From a phage, in the sequence record PX104380.1: 64,000 bases of DNA. One strand, given 5' to 3'. The position numbers and the translations under genes are program-made. Under the pieces are notes generated by a model. The model saw nothing but the letters and a program-made list of their open reading frames with translations. It did not search any database and was not told where the DNA came from. Below, piece after piece: positions 13,370 through 22,604 of this stretch. Position 1 is the stretch's first letter. The number at the start of each line of letters is the position of its first letter.

Positions 13370-13437
13370 GTTATCGAGTTGGTGCCATTATATACATCGT
13401 TTTCTGACTATGTTTTGTGTGCTTTCAAAATGAAGAA

Positions 13438-13453
13438 AGGGGCCGAAGCCCCT
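13438..13453 (-). terminator. hairpin AGGGGC-UUCG-GCCCCU plus U-run 3' of hoc
   Basis: 6-bp stem followed on minus strand by UUCUUCAUUUUG. Confidence 0.55.
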
Positions 13454-13458
13454 TACGA

Positions 13459-14877
13459 TTATGGATAGGTATAGATGATACCAGTTTCTAAAGCAGTTTT
13501 ATGAATGATGTATCCATTACGCGATTCTTGAACATCAACTTCTGGATAATCTTTCATCATCTTCTGAAGAGTGTAACGATGCAGGTAGTACTTACTATCT
13601 GGGTCGTCAGTTTTCCAATCTTTACCTTCTTCAGTCATTTTTTGGATTTCATCCATAACCCACCAACCGCACCAGATGTAAGCTGAAGTACGGTGTGGAA
13701 GAGGATGAACATAAGGCAATTCACCTTCTGGTTCCGGAGCAACTTTATCAGTCACTTGAACTTGACCTGTTGTTTTAACTGTTTTGCTATCATAATCAGT
13801 TGCTGTAACGACAGCAGTAACTTCAATAGTTTGACTTCCAACAGATGAGGTATCGACAGTATATACGTTAGTTGACCCTTCTACAGGAGAAGAATCTTTC
13901 TTCCACGAGTAAGTAATTTGTGCTTCTTCTGGAGCATCCGTAACATTAGCCGTAAATGTAGCTGAAGCATCTTGCTGAACGTTAATAGAAGGAGGAGTCA
14001 ATGTAACCTGTGGATTCATTGTCTTCTTATTAACTGTCAATGATACTTCATTAGAAGTAACTTCCTTTTCATTGTAATTTTCTGCTGTTACTTGGGCTAC
14101 GCATTTAATTCTTTTTACTCCACTTGTAGTTGGAGTATAGCTAAATGTAGAGTTAGTTTCTCCACCAACTTGAGAATCATCTACATACCATTGATACGTA
14201 GCAGACGCTCCATCAGGTTGAGAAGCTAAGGCAGCAGTAAATTGAACTAGGGTTCCAATTACTCCAGCTGAAGGACTATCGGGAGTTACTGCCAAAGTAG
14301 TTGTCTGTGTCTTTTTATTAACAGTCAGTGACACTTCATTAGAAGTAACTTCTTTTGCATCATAATCTGTCGCGGTTACTTGAGCTACACACTTAATTGT
14401 TTTAACTCCACTTGTGTCAGGAGTGTAATTGAATGTAGCAGAAGTCGCTTCGTCTACAGGAGAACCATCAACGTACCATTGATACGTAGCAGATGCACCT
14501 GATGGCTGCGAAGCTAAAGCAGCGGTAAATTTAACAGCTGTTCCAATTACTCCTGCTGGAGGACTATTGGGAGTTACGGCTAAGGTAGTCGTCTGTGTCT
14601 TATTTTTAACTGTGATAGTTGTTGTCGCTTCAGCCGTTTCCGGGCCTCCTTCAGAAAGTGTATTTGTTGCAACAACTTTAATAGTCTTTTGACCAGCAGG
14701 ACCTTTTAATACATAATCAAAAGTTGCTTCAGACCCATCTTGTGGAGCATTATCTACACTCCAAGCATAAGTAATAGTTCCACCTCCAGTTTCACCACTA
14801 GGTGCAGCAGTAAACTGCTTGGTTTCATCAATAACTCCTGACGGTGTTTTAGGAGTTATATCAACTGTAAAAGCCAT
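13459..14877 (-). CDS. hoc: head outer capsid protein Hoc (472 aa, four Ig-like repeats)
   Basis: Ig-like repeats with QWYVD and KCVAQVTA motifs; position between 24.3 and inh; longer than the 376 aa I recall for T4 Hoc. Confidence 0.9.
   Translation of the reverse strand: MAFTVDITPKTPSGVIDETKQFTAAPSGETGGGTITYAWSVDNAPQDGSEATFDYVLKGPAGQKTIKVVATNTLSEGGPETAEATTTITVKNKTQTTTLAVTPNSPPAGVIGTAVKFTAALASQPSGASATYQWYVDGSPVDEATSATFNYTPDTSGVKTIKCVAQVTATDYDAKEVTSNEVSLTVNKKTQTTTLAVTPDSPSAGVIGTLVQFTAALASQPDGASATYQWYVDDSQVGGETNSTFSYTPTTSGVKRIKCVAQVTAENYNEKEVTSNEVSLTVNKKTMNPQVTLTPPSINVQQDASATFTANVTDAPEEAQITYSWKKDSSPVEGSTNVYTVDTSSVGSQTIEVTAVVTATDYDSKTVKTTGQVQVTDKVAPEPEGELPYVHPLPHRTSAYIWCGWWVMDEIQKMTEEGKDWKTDDPDSKYYLHRYTLQKMMKDYPEVDVQESRNGYIIHKTALETGIIYTYP
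14026..14601 (-). repeat. tandem direct repeat, 2 x 288 bp, inside hoc (duplicated Ig-like domain)
   Basis: aa 93-188 and 189-284 of Hoc are nearly identical; both begin KTQTTTLAVTP and end EVTSNEVSLTVNK. Confidence 0.85.
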
Positions 14878-14886
14878 AAGTTATCC

Positions 14887-15567
14887 TTATTTTAATGTTA
14901 CGAAAGAAGAATTGCGTGTTTCACGAATTAAAACTGATCCGTCGCGATTAATGTAATAAATTAAGCTAAACAGAGTTTGGTGTGCTGACGCGTGTTCAAA
15001 ACTAGTTGGATGAGATTTCCAATCAGGAGTTTCAGCGATCCATTGATAAATCCACCAAGGAACCGTACAGAATCCTGGATTTTTCCCCAATAATTGAAGA
15101 TTCGGGCTAAAGTTTTCCGGAAGAGTAAATACAGACGGCTTTTCAGATTCAATAATCTCAGCTACAGCTTGTTCAAACTTTTCTTCAACAAAAGGAGTGT
15201 CTTCAATCAAAACATCAGTATTTTCAGGAATTTTATCCGTTTCTACCACTTCAATTTTAATATCAGATTTAACTGGAGAATCAATCAGAAGTGCTGCTTC
15301 TGGATTGACTTCTTCATCGTCATATTTTAATCCCTCTGCAGCATCAGCAGCATCAATTAAGTCTTTAATAGATAACCCATCAGTCTCTGGCATAGGTTCA
15401 CTAGCGAGCTTCTGGAGGGCTTCTTCAATATCAACAACGATATTATCAAAAGATTTATTCTTTTTGACCTTTATACCAAACTGTTCAGCATATTCAGCTA
15501 ATTTAGCTTTAGCTTCTTTATTATCATCAAGAGCCTTCAGCTCTGCAATATAATCTTTATCTATCAT
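14887..15567 (-). CDS. inh: inhibitor of prohead protease Inh
   Basis: 226-aa ORF, ATG with SD GAGGA; T4 size and position. Confidence 0.8.
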   Translation of the reverse strand: MIDKDYIAELKALDDNKEAKAKLAEYAEQFGIKVKKNKSFDNIVVDIEEALQKLASEPMPETDGLSIKDLIDAADAAEGLKYDDEEVNPEAALLIDSPVKSDIKIEVVETDKIPENTDVLIEDTPFVEEKFEQAVAEIIESEKPSVFTLPENFSPNLQLLGKNPGFCTVPWWIYQWIAETPDWKSHPTSFEHASAHQTLFSLIYYINRDGSVLIRETRNSSFVTLK

Positions 15568-15580
15568 AATATTTCCTCAG

Positions 15581-15588
15581 TATAAATA
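15581..15588 (+). promoter_or_regulatory. late promoter TATAAATA for uvsW
   Basis: exact TATAAATA 29 nt upstream of ATG 15618. Confidence 0.5.
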
Positions 15589-15617
15589 TAGATATATTTA
15601 TTACATGGTATTTAGAC

Positions 15618-17129
15618 ATGACTGACATTAAAGTACATTTTTATGATTTTAGTCACGTGAGAATTGATTGTGAAGAAAGTACATTTCATGAACTCCGTGA
15701 TTTCTTTAGCTTTGAGGCCGATGGATATAGATTTAACCCTCGCTTCAGATATGGCAACTGGGATGGACGAATCCGTCTTTTAGATTATAATCGCCTTCTT
15801 CCATTCGGCTTAGTCGGGCAAATTAAAAAGTTCTGTGATAACTTTGGCTATAAAGTCTGGATTGACCCACAAATTAACGAAAAAGAAGAATTATCAAGAA
15901 AAGATTTTGATGAATGGCTTTCTAAATTAGAAATCTATTCAGGAAATAAAAGAATTGAACCACACTGGTATCAAAAAGATGCAGTGTTCGAAGGATTAGT
16001 TAATCGTCGTAGAATTCTTAATCTTCCAACATCTGCAGGTAAATCTTTAATTCAAGCTTTGCTTGCGCGATATTATTTGGAAAATTATGAAGGTAAAATT
16101 CTTATCATTGTTCCAACAACTGCTCTTACAACTCAGATGGCTGATGACTTTGTTGACTATCGTTTATTCAGTCATGCAATGATAAAGAAAATTGGTGGCG
16201 GAGCATCAAAAGATGATAAATATAAAAATGATGCACCAGTCGTTGTTGGTACATGGCAAACTGTAGTAAAACAACCAAAAGAATGGTTCTCACAGTTTGG
16301 AATGATGATGAATGATGAATGCCATTTAGCAACAGGAAAAAGTATTTCATCTATCATATCAAGTTTAAATAACTGCATGTTCAAATTCGGTTTGTCCGGT
16401 TCATTACGTGATGGCAAAGCCAATATCATGCAGTATGTTGGAATGTTTGGCGAAATATTTAAGCCAGTAACGACTTCTAAATTAATGGAAGATGGGCAAG
16501 TAACTGAGCTAAAAATTAATAGTATTTTTCTTCGTTATCCTGATGAGTTCACTACTAAATTAAAGGGAAAAACTTACCAAGAAGAAATAAAAATTATTAC
16601 TGGGCTCAGTAAAAGAAATAAATGGATCGCTAAATTAGCCATTAAGCTTGCGCAAAAAGATGAAAACGCTTTTGTTATGTTTAAACATGTATCGCACGGT
16701 AAAGCTATTTTCGATTTAATTAAAAATGAATACGATAAAGTTTATTACGTATCAGGGGAAGTTGATACCGAAACCCGCAATGTAATGAAAACTTTAGCTG
16801 AAAATGGTAAAGGAATAATTATAGTAGCTAGTTATGGTGTATTTTCTACTGGTATTTCAGTTAAAAATCTGCATCACGTTGTTTTAGCACACGGTGTTAA
16901 ATCAAAAATCATTGTATTACAAACAATCGGTCGTGTATTACGTAAGCATGGTTCTAAAACAATCGCAACGGTCTGGGACCTCATAGATGACGCGGGCGTA
17001 GTTTCTAAATCAAAAACATCTTCTAAAAAATACTCGCATTTAAACTATCTTTTAAAACATGGACTTGATCGTATTCAGCGTTATGCTGATGAGAAGTTTA
17101 ATTATGTGATGAAAGAGGTTAAACTTTGA
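15618..17129 (+). CDS. uvsW: UvsW helicase
   Basis: 503 aa; Walker A TSAGKS and DExH-like NDECH. Confidence 0.95.
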   Translation: MTDIKVHFYDFSHVRIDCEESTFHELRDFFSFEADGYRFNPRFRYGNWDGRIRLLDYNRLLPFGLVGQIKKFCDNFGYKVWIDPQINEKEELSRKDFDEWLSKLEIYSGNKRIEPHWYQKDAVFEGLVNRRRILNLPTSAGKSLIQALLARYYLENYEGKILIIVPTTALTTQMADDFVDYRLFSHAMIKKIGGGASKDDKYKNDAPVVVGTWQTVVKQPKEWFSQFGMMMNDECHLATGKSISSIISSLNNCMFKFGLSGSLRDGKANIMQYVGMFGEIFKPVTTSKLMEDGQVTELKINSIFLRYPDEFTTKLKGKTYQEEIKIITGLSKRNKWIAKLAIKLAQKDENAFVMFKHVSHGKAIFDLIKNEYDKVYYVSGEVDTETRNVMKTLAENGKGIIIVASYGVFSTGISVKNLHHVVLAHGVKSKIIVLQTIGRVLRKHGSKTIATVWDLIDDAGVVSKSKTSSKKYSHLNYLLKHGLDRIQRYADEKFNYVMKEVKL

Positions 17130-17818
17130 ATTATAAATTAATATACGATAATTTAATTAATAGAGCCCAGAATCGGGCTCGCCTTAATGGATACACTGAA
17201 ACTCATCATATAATTCCTAGATGTATGGGCGGTACAGATGATAAGTGTAATTTGGTAGAACTAACAGCTGAAGAGCATTTTATAGCTCATAAACTTTTAG
17301 CTAAAATTCATCCGAACCATTACGGTATAATTAAAGCCGTTATATGTATGGGGATGAATTCAAAGACTCATGAAAGACACGTTAATAAATCTTACGCCTG
17401 GGAACGTCGTAAAATGGCAGAACTTCAATCAGGTGAAGGTAATCCATTTTACGGAAAACACCATACGGAAGAACACAAACAATATATGTCAAAACTCATG
17501 AAAAATCGTCCAATTACGTGGGGAAGTAAAATTAGTAAAACTAAAAGAATGAACCCAACAAAATGGACTGAAGAAGCTAAAAGATTGCATTCTATCAATC
17601 AATCAGGTAAAAATAATGGCATGTATGGAAGGAAACATTCCGCTAAATCTATTCAGAAAATTAAAGATAACATGCCAGATAATTCAGGAGCTAATAACCC
17701 AGCTGCTAAACCTATAGAAGTAAATGGTGTTAAGTATAAATGCATGAAAGATGCTTCTAAAGCTACTGGATTATCAATGTACAAATTAAGAATACTTAGA
17801 AAAACAGTTAATTTATAA
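17126..17818 (+). CDS. free-standing HNH homing endonuclease, MobE-like paralog
   Basis: TTG start overlapping uvsW stop, SD GAAAGAGG upstream; N-terminus (M)NYKLIYDNLINRAQNRARL parallels the mobE ORF at 44890-45531 (MNYQKIYNDLISRAQAREPL); HNH motif ETHHIIPRCMGGTDDKCNLVELTAEEHFIAH. Confidence 0.75.
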   Translation: MNYKLIYDNLINRAQNRARLNGYTETHHIIPRCMGGTDDKCNLVELTAEEHFIAHKLLAKIHPNHYGIIKAVICMGMNSKTHERHVNKSYAWERRKMAELQSGEGNPFYGKHHTEEHKQYMSKLMKNRPITWGSKISKTKRMNPTKWTEEAKRLHSINQSGKNNGMYGRKHSAKSIQKIKDNMPDNSGANNPAAKPIEVNGVKYKCMKDASKATGLSMYKLRILRKTVNL

Positions 17819-17832
17819 GGGCTTCGGCCCTT
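17817..17832 (+). other. hairpin AAGGGC-UUCG-GCCCUU 3' of the HNH gene
   Basis: 6-bp stem with UUCG loop directly after stop codon; overlaps the SD region of uvsW.1. Confidence 0.45.
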
Positions 17833-17843
17833 TGGAGAAAAAG

Positions 17844-18074
17844 ATGTTACTAGAATTTAAACAATTTCTTTATGAAGCTTCTATTGATGAATTTATGGGT
17901 AAAATTGCCTCTTGCCAAACATTAGAAGGTTTAGAAGAACTTGAAGCTTATTATAAGAAAAGAGTTAAAGAAACTGAATTAAAAGATACTGATGACATCT
18001 CTGTGAGAGATGCTTTGGCAGGAAAAAGAGCTGAATTAGAAGATTCAGACGATGAAGTAGAAGAAAGTTTTTAA
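17844..18074 (+). CDS. uvsW.1: UvsW.1
   Basis: 76 aa from ATG 17844 with SD GGAG (ORF track starts at in-frame TTG 17832); T4 size. Confidence 0.7.
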   Translation: MLLEFKQFLYEASIDEFMGKIASCQTLEGLEELEAYYKKRVKETELKDTDDISVRDALAGKRAELEDSDDEVEESF

Positions 18075-18128
18075 ATAAAAAAGGCCCAACCGAAAAGGAA
18101 GGGCCAAAACTATAGACTAAAGGTCACA

Positions 18129-18296
18129 CTATAGCAAAAGTTGTGTTTCATTTAATTGTTCTTCCGAACTTTCTGAAACTGGTAGTTCTTTAATGTAATT
18201 ATAGCAAGGCCCAGGATGTACAGGACCTTTGTCTGTTTCAACAACCAATGCAGAATCGATTGGAGTTTTACAGACAACACAAATCTTATCTGACAT
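18129..18296 (-). CDS. uvsY.-2: hypothetical protein (uvsY.-2 position)
   Basis: 55 aa from ATG with SD AAGGAG; ORF track start is an upstream GTG that would include a late promoter. Confidence 0.6.
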   Translation of the reverse strand: MSDKICVVCKTPIDSALVVETDKGPVHPGPCYNYIKELPVSESSEEQLNETQLLL

Positions 18297-18321
18297 GATT
18301 GTCTCCTTTTGAATATAGTAA

Positions 18322-18329
18322 TATTTATA
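18322..18329 (-). promoter_or_regulatory. late promoter TATAAATA for uvsY.-2
   Basis: exact TATAAATA on minus strand 25 nt upstream of ATG 18296. Confidence 0.45.
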
Positions 18330-18419
18330 AACCCATTTTAATCCGCATTTCTTGTACACGGATTAAGCAAGCTTCCATCTCTGCTAATAGTCGAAATACT
18401 TCTTTATAATCTGTCATAT

Positions 18420-18647
18420 TTACCCCATATCTCTCATATGCATATCAATGCCCATATCTTTAGAATAAAAATATTCATCAAGATATCCGGCAAATTTTCC
18501 TTTAATATAAAGGACATCTTCACCACATGGGTGGTCGGCCAGGATACGAATATCCTGACGCTTAAGATTATGCTTTTTCGTTAAGAATTGAATTTCCGTT
18601 TCAAATTCTTCTTCATAATTAAAAGCATCATCAATGCTATATCTCAT
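18420..18647 (-). CDS. uvsY.-1: hypothetical protein (uvsY.-1 position)
   Basis: 75 aa; TAATG overlap with uvsY stop. Confidence 0.7.
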   Translation of the reverse strand: MRYSIDDAFNYEEEFETEIQFLTKKHNLKRQDIRILADHPCGEDVLYIKGKFAGYLDEYFYSKDMGIDMHMRDMG

Positions 18648-19060
18648 TATTTTCCGGCCTCAAATGCTCGCATGTCTTGAATATGCTTAATAGCAAATCC
18701 ACGTGATTTAATAGCATCAAGAGCTCCGCTACAGAAATCTAATAAAATTCCCCAATATTGCAATGAAGTATCAACCTTTAAAACATCCTTATCAGCTGAT
18801 AGAACTGTTTTCATTTCTGATTTCTCGTAACGATCCATACTAAATTCATCACCATCTCCTCGTCCCGAGTAGTAATCTAATTTAGCTTTAAGAGCAACTT
18901 TTTTCTGTGCTTCAATTCTAAGCATTTCCTTTTTAATACTTGAATGCTTATTAAGCCATTTACTATATAACATCACATTATTAGCTGCTTCATACTGTAA
19001 TTTAGTCGAATCTATAAACACATCTTTCTTCAATTCTTCTTGAAGATCTTCTAATCTCAT
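18647..19060 (-). CDS. uvsY: recombination mediator UvsY
   Basis: 137 aa; T4 size; position upstream of uvsY.-1. Confidence 0.93.
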   Translation of the reverse strand: MRLEDLQEELKKDVFIDSTKLQYEAANNVMLYSKWLNKHSSIKKEMLRIEAQKKVALKAKLDYYSGRGDGDEFSMDRYEKSEMKTVLSADKDVLKVDTSLQYWGILLDFCSGALDAIKSRGFAIKHIQDMRAFEAGK

Positions 19061-19100
19061 ATTGTTCTCTATTCAATTGTTATTGGATGGACTTAGATTC

Positions 19101-19129
19101 ATTATACCACGTTTATACGTGAAGCATTA
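19101..19129 (-). promoter_or_regulatory. MotA-dependent middle promoter for uvsY
   Basis: MotA box TAATGCTTCA fused to gp25 stop, 13-nt spacer, then TATAAT; about 40 nt upstream of uvsY ATG. Confidence 0.55.
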
Positions 19130-19525
19130 TACTCTATTACTGGAAGCCAGTTGTAGTTTTATCTGCTCAATATCATCAGGGTTATCAATGACTGAAAAGC
19201 GTATTTCTACTATCAGAGTATAATCATCATAAACCGGTATTACATTAACTGCTAATTTATCAATACGTGGCTCATAGTTTCTTACTGCGCTTTCGATATT
19301 ACGCTCAACAGTGTCAGCAGTAAGAGGAGTCATATTCTCAAAAAGTTGGTCAGATAAATCACATCCAAATTCAGGGTCAAACGGTCTTGAACCTTTTCTT
19401 GTTGTAATAATTCCCAAAAGACTGTTTTTAATTGACCTTAATCCAAGTGATCTGGAAACATCTTTGTTCCAATCCATTTTCATCTCTGGGTCAATATCAG
19501 AATAAAGCTTATTAATATTTGCCAT
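19127..19525 (-). CDS. 25: baseplate wedge protein gp25
   Basis: 132 aa; TAATG overlap with gene 26. Confidence 0.95.
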   Translation of the reverse strand: MANINKLYSDIDPEMKMDWNKDVSRSLGLRSIKNSLLGIITTRKGSRPFDPEFGCDLSDQLFENMTPLTADTVERNIESAVRNYEPRIDKLAVNVIPVYDDYTLIVEIRFSVIDNPDDIEQIKLQLASSNRV

Positions 19526-20151
19526 TACAATAGCTCAAAGAATTCTTTGAGTCCTCTTATTACATGAGCGTGAGTTTTTCCACACTCTGGACATTTAATT
19601 GGAACAGCCAAATAAACAGTAGGCTTTAAAAGCATATCTTTTATAGCTACAATATCTGACTCTGTGATGATAGAATATAAATCTTCCAATTCTTTTTCAT
19701 TTAAGTCTTCAACTGGAATGCTTTCACCGTTAGCATGAATCGTTTCTATACATGATACTATCATGTGGGCTATATTTTTATCATCAAAAATTTTAGGGTA
19801 ATGGAATTTAATTTTAATGTCACCCAGTGTATACCAGAGGTCTTCTGGTGCATCTATTTGTGTATGTAATAGATTTATATGGGTTGGTATTTCAGTTCCA
19901 CAGGTGCACTTCCAGGAGTTTTCGTGATTAACTTCGCCAAGAGAATGTGCCCATAAATGAATCAACAATAGTTCTGATTCTTGACGATTTAAATCTTTTG
20001 CATTTGTGCAGTCTTTGATTAGCTTTTTAACAATTACTTCTACGGAACCATTATTTTTGGCAGTAATAAGTTCTAGATATTCTTTAAGAGTAAATGCGCG
20101 ACAATTGATTATTTTAGAACCAACTCTCACATCAAATTTATATTCATACAT
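19525..20151 (-). CDS. 26: baseplate hub protein gp26
   Basis: 208 aa; ATG with SD AGGAG. Confidence 0.9.
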   Translation of the reverse strand: MYEYKFDVRVGSKIINCRAFTLKEYLELITAKNNGSVEVIVKKLIKDCTNAKDLNRQESELLLIHLWAHSLGEVNHENSWKCTCGTEIPTHINLLHTQIDAPEDLWYTLGDIKIKFHYPKIFDDKNIAHMIVSCIETIHANGESIPVEDLNEKELEDLYSIITESDIVAIKDMLLKPTVYLAVPIKCPECGKTHAHVIRGLKEFFELL

Positions 20152-20172
20152 ATTTAGCTCCTTTATTTATCA

Positions 20173-20184
20173 TATTTATAAATA
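20173..20184. promoter_or_regulatory. overlapping divergent late promoters (TATTTATAAATA) for genes 26 and 51
   Basis: plus-strand TATAAATA 20177-20184 and minus-strand TATAAATA 20173-20180 share a palindromic core. Confidence 0.55.
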
Positions 20185-20201
20185 GAATAAAAGGAGCATC
20201 T

Positions 20202-20951
20202 ATGGCAAACATTATTCGTTGTAAATTACCAGATGGTGTTCATCGTTTTAAACCATTTACGGTAGAAGATTATCGAGATTTTTTGTTAGTTCGAAACGAT
20301 ATAGAACATCGGTCACCACAAGAACAAAAAGAAATAATTGCTGATTTAATTGCTGATTATTTTGGAGACTATCTAAAGACTTGGCAACCATTTATATTTT
20401 TGCAGGTATTTGTAGGGTCAATAGGTAAAACTAAAGTACCGGTCACATTCATATGTCCAAAATGTAAAAAAGAAAAGACAGTTCCATTTGAAATATACCA
20501 AAAAGAATTAAAGGAACCTGTTTTTGATGTAGCTAATGTTAAAATTAAATTAAAGTTTCCTTCTGAGTTTTATGAAAATAAAGCAAAGATGATTACTGAA
20601 AATATTCATTCTGTTCAAGTAGATGAAATATGGTATGATTGGAAGGAAATTAGTGAATCAAGTCAAATAGAACTTGTTGACGCCATCGAGATAGAAACAT
20701 TAGAAAAAATTCTCGATGCAATGAATCCTATTAATTTAACATTGCATATGTCGTGTTGTAATAAGTATGTAAAAAAATACACTGATATAGTAGATGTGTT
20801 TAAGCTATTAGTTAACCCAGATGAAATATTTACTTTTTATCAAATTAATCACACACTCGTAAAAAGTAATTATAGCTTAAATTCAATAATGAAAATGATT
20901 CCTGCCGAGCGCGGATTCGTATTAAAACTGATTGAGAAGGATAAACAATAA
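20202..20951 (+). CDS. 51: baseplate hub assembly protein gp51
   Basis: 249 aa; SD AGGAG. Confidence 0.9.
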   Translation: MANIIRCKLPDGVHRFKPFTVEDYRDFLLVRNDIEHRSPQEQKEIIADLIADYFGDYLKTWQPFIFLQVFVGSIGKTKVPVTFICPKCKKEKTVPFEIYQKELKEPVFDVANVKIKLKFPSEFYENKAKMITENIHSVQVDEIWYDWKEISESSQIELVDAIEIETLEKILDAMNPINLTLHMSCCNKYVKKYTDIVDVFKLLVNPDEIFTFYQINHTLVKSNYSLNSIMKMIPAERGFVLKLIEKDKQ

Positions 20952-22126
20952 TGAGTATGTTGCAACGCCCGGGATATCCAAATCTCAGCGTTAAATTATT
21001 TGATAGCTACGACGCTTGGAGTAATAATAGATTTGTTGAATTAGCTGCTACTATTACCACATTAACTATGCGGGATTCTCTTTATGGCCGAAATGAAGGA
21101 ATGCTGCAGTTTTATGATTCTAAAAACATTCATACAAAAATGGATGGAAATGAAATAATTCAGATTTCTGTAGCTAATGCAAACGATATTAATAATGTTA
21201 AAACACGAATTTATGGATGCAAGCATTTTTCCGTGTCAGTAGATTCAAAAGGCGATAACATCATTGCTATTGAATTAGGAACTATTCATTCTATAGAAAA
21301 TCTTAAATTTGGCAGACCATTTTTCCCTGATGCCGGTGAATCTATAAAGGAAATGCTTGGCGTAATTTATCAAGATCGTACATTATTAACTCCAGCGATA
21401 AATGCTATTAATGCTTATGTTCCTGATATTCCATGGACTAGCACATTTGAAAACTATTTGTCATATGTAAGAGAAGTTGCTCTAGCTGTAGGAAGCGATA
21501 AGTTCGTATTTGTATGGCAAGACATCATGGGAGTTAACATGATGGACTATGATATGATGATAAATCAAGAACCATATCCAATGATTGTCGGTGAGCCAAC
21601 TTTAATAGGTCAATTCGTCCAAGAATTGAAATATCCATTAGCATATGATTTTGTTTGGTTGACTAAATCAAATCCGCATAAACGCGATCCAATGAAAAAT
21701 GCTACTATCTATGCTCATTCATTTTTAGATTCTTCATTACCAATGATTACTACAGGAAAGGGTGAAAACTCTATTGTGGTGTCAAGGTCAGGTGCTTATT
21801 CTGAAATGACTTATAGGAATGGATATGAAGAAGCTATTCGTCTTCAGACTATGGCGCAGTATGATGGTTACGCTAAATGTTCTACTGTCGGTAATTTTAA
21901 CTTGACTCCTGGCGTTAAAATTATTTTTAATGATAGTAAAAACCAATTTAAAACAGAATTTTACGTTGATGAAGTTATTCACGAATTATCAAATAATAAT
22001 TCCGTAACTCATCTTTATATGTTCACTAATGCAACGAAACTGGAAACAATCGACCCAGTTAAGGTTAAAAATGAATTTAAATCTGATACTACCACTGAAG
22101 AAAGTAGTTCTTCCAATAAGCAATAA
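20951..22126 (+). CDS. 27: baseplate hub protein gp27
   Basis: 391 aa; TAATG overlap with gene 51. Confidence 0.95.
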   Translation: MSMLQRPGYPNLSVKLFDSYDAWSNNRFVELAATITTLTMRDSLYGRNEGMLQFYDSKNIHTKMDGNEIIQISVANANDINNVKTRIYGCKHFSVSVDSKGDNIIAIELGTIHSIENLKFGRPFFPDAGESIKEMLGVIYQDRTLLTPAINAINAYVPDIPWTSTFENYLSYVREVALAVGSDKFVFVWQDIMGVNMMDYDMMINQEPYPMIVGEPTLIGQFVQELKYPLAYDFVWLTKSNPHKRDPMKNATIYAHSFLDSSLPMITTGKGENSIVVSRSGAYSEMTYRNGYEEAIRLQTMAQYDGYAKCSTVGNFNLTPGVKIIFNDSKNQFKTEFYVDEVIHELSNNNSVTHLYMFTNATKLETIDPVKVKNEFKSDTTTEESSSSNKQ

Positions 22127-22604
22127 AGAAGTTTCTATTCCTAAAATGGGTCTTAAGCATTATAACATTTTAAAAGATGTTAAAGGTCCTGATGAAAATT
22201 TAAAACTTCTTATTGATTCTATTTGTCCGAATTTATCACCGGCAGAAGTTGATTTCGTTTCTATTCATTTATTGGAATTTAATGGAAAGATTAAATCTCG
22301 TAAAGAAATAGATGGCTATACTTATGACATAAATGATGTTTATGTATGCCAAAGATTAGAGTTTCAATACCAAGGAAATACATTTTATTTTAGACCTCCT
22401 GGAAAATTTGAACAATTTTTAACTGTGAGCGATATGTTATCCAAATGCTTGCTTAAGGTCAATGATGAAGTTAAAGAAATTAATTTTCTTGAGATGCCAG
22501 CATTCGTTTTAAAATGGGCAAATGATATTTTTACAACTTTAGCAATTCCTGGCCCTAATGGTCCAATAACTGGAATTGGCAATATTATTGGATTATTTGA
22601 ATGA
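22071..22604 (+). CDS. 28: baseplate hub distal subunit gp28
   Basis: 177 aa from ATG 22071 (ORF track starts at an earlier in-frame ATG 22029 inside gene 27); overlaps gene 27 3' end. Confidence 0.8.
   Translation: MNLNLILPLKKVVLPISNKEVSIPKMGLKHYNILKDVKGPDENLKLLIDSICPNLSPAEVDFVSIHLLEFNGKIKSRKEIDGYTYDINDVYVCQRLEFQYQGNTFYFRPPGKFEQFLTVSDMLSKCLLKVNDEVKEINFLEMPAFVLKWANDIFTTLAIPGPNGPITGIGNIIGLFE

Noticed and set aside
15568-15617. A segE-type endonuclease gene between inh and uvsW
   Set aside because: The interval is only 50 bp and contains just a late promoter and the inh SD.
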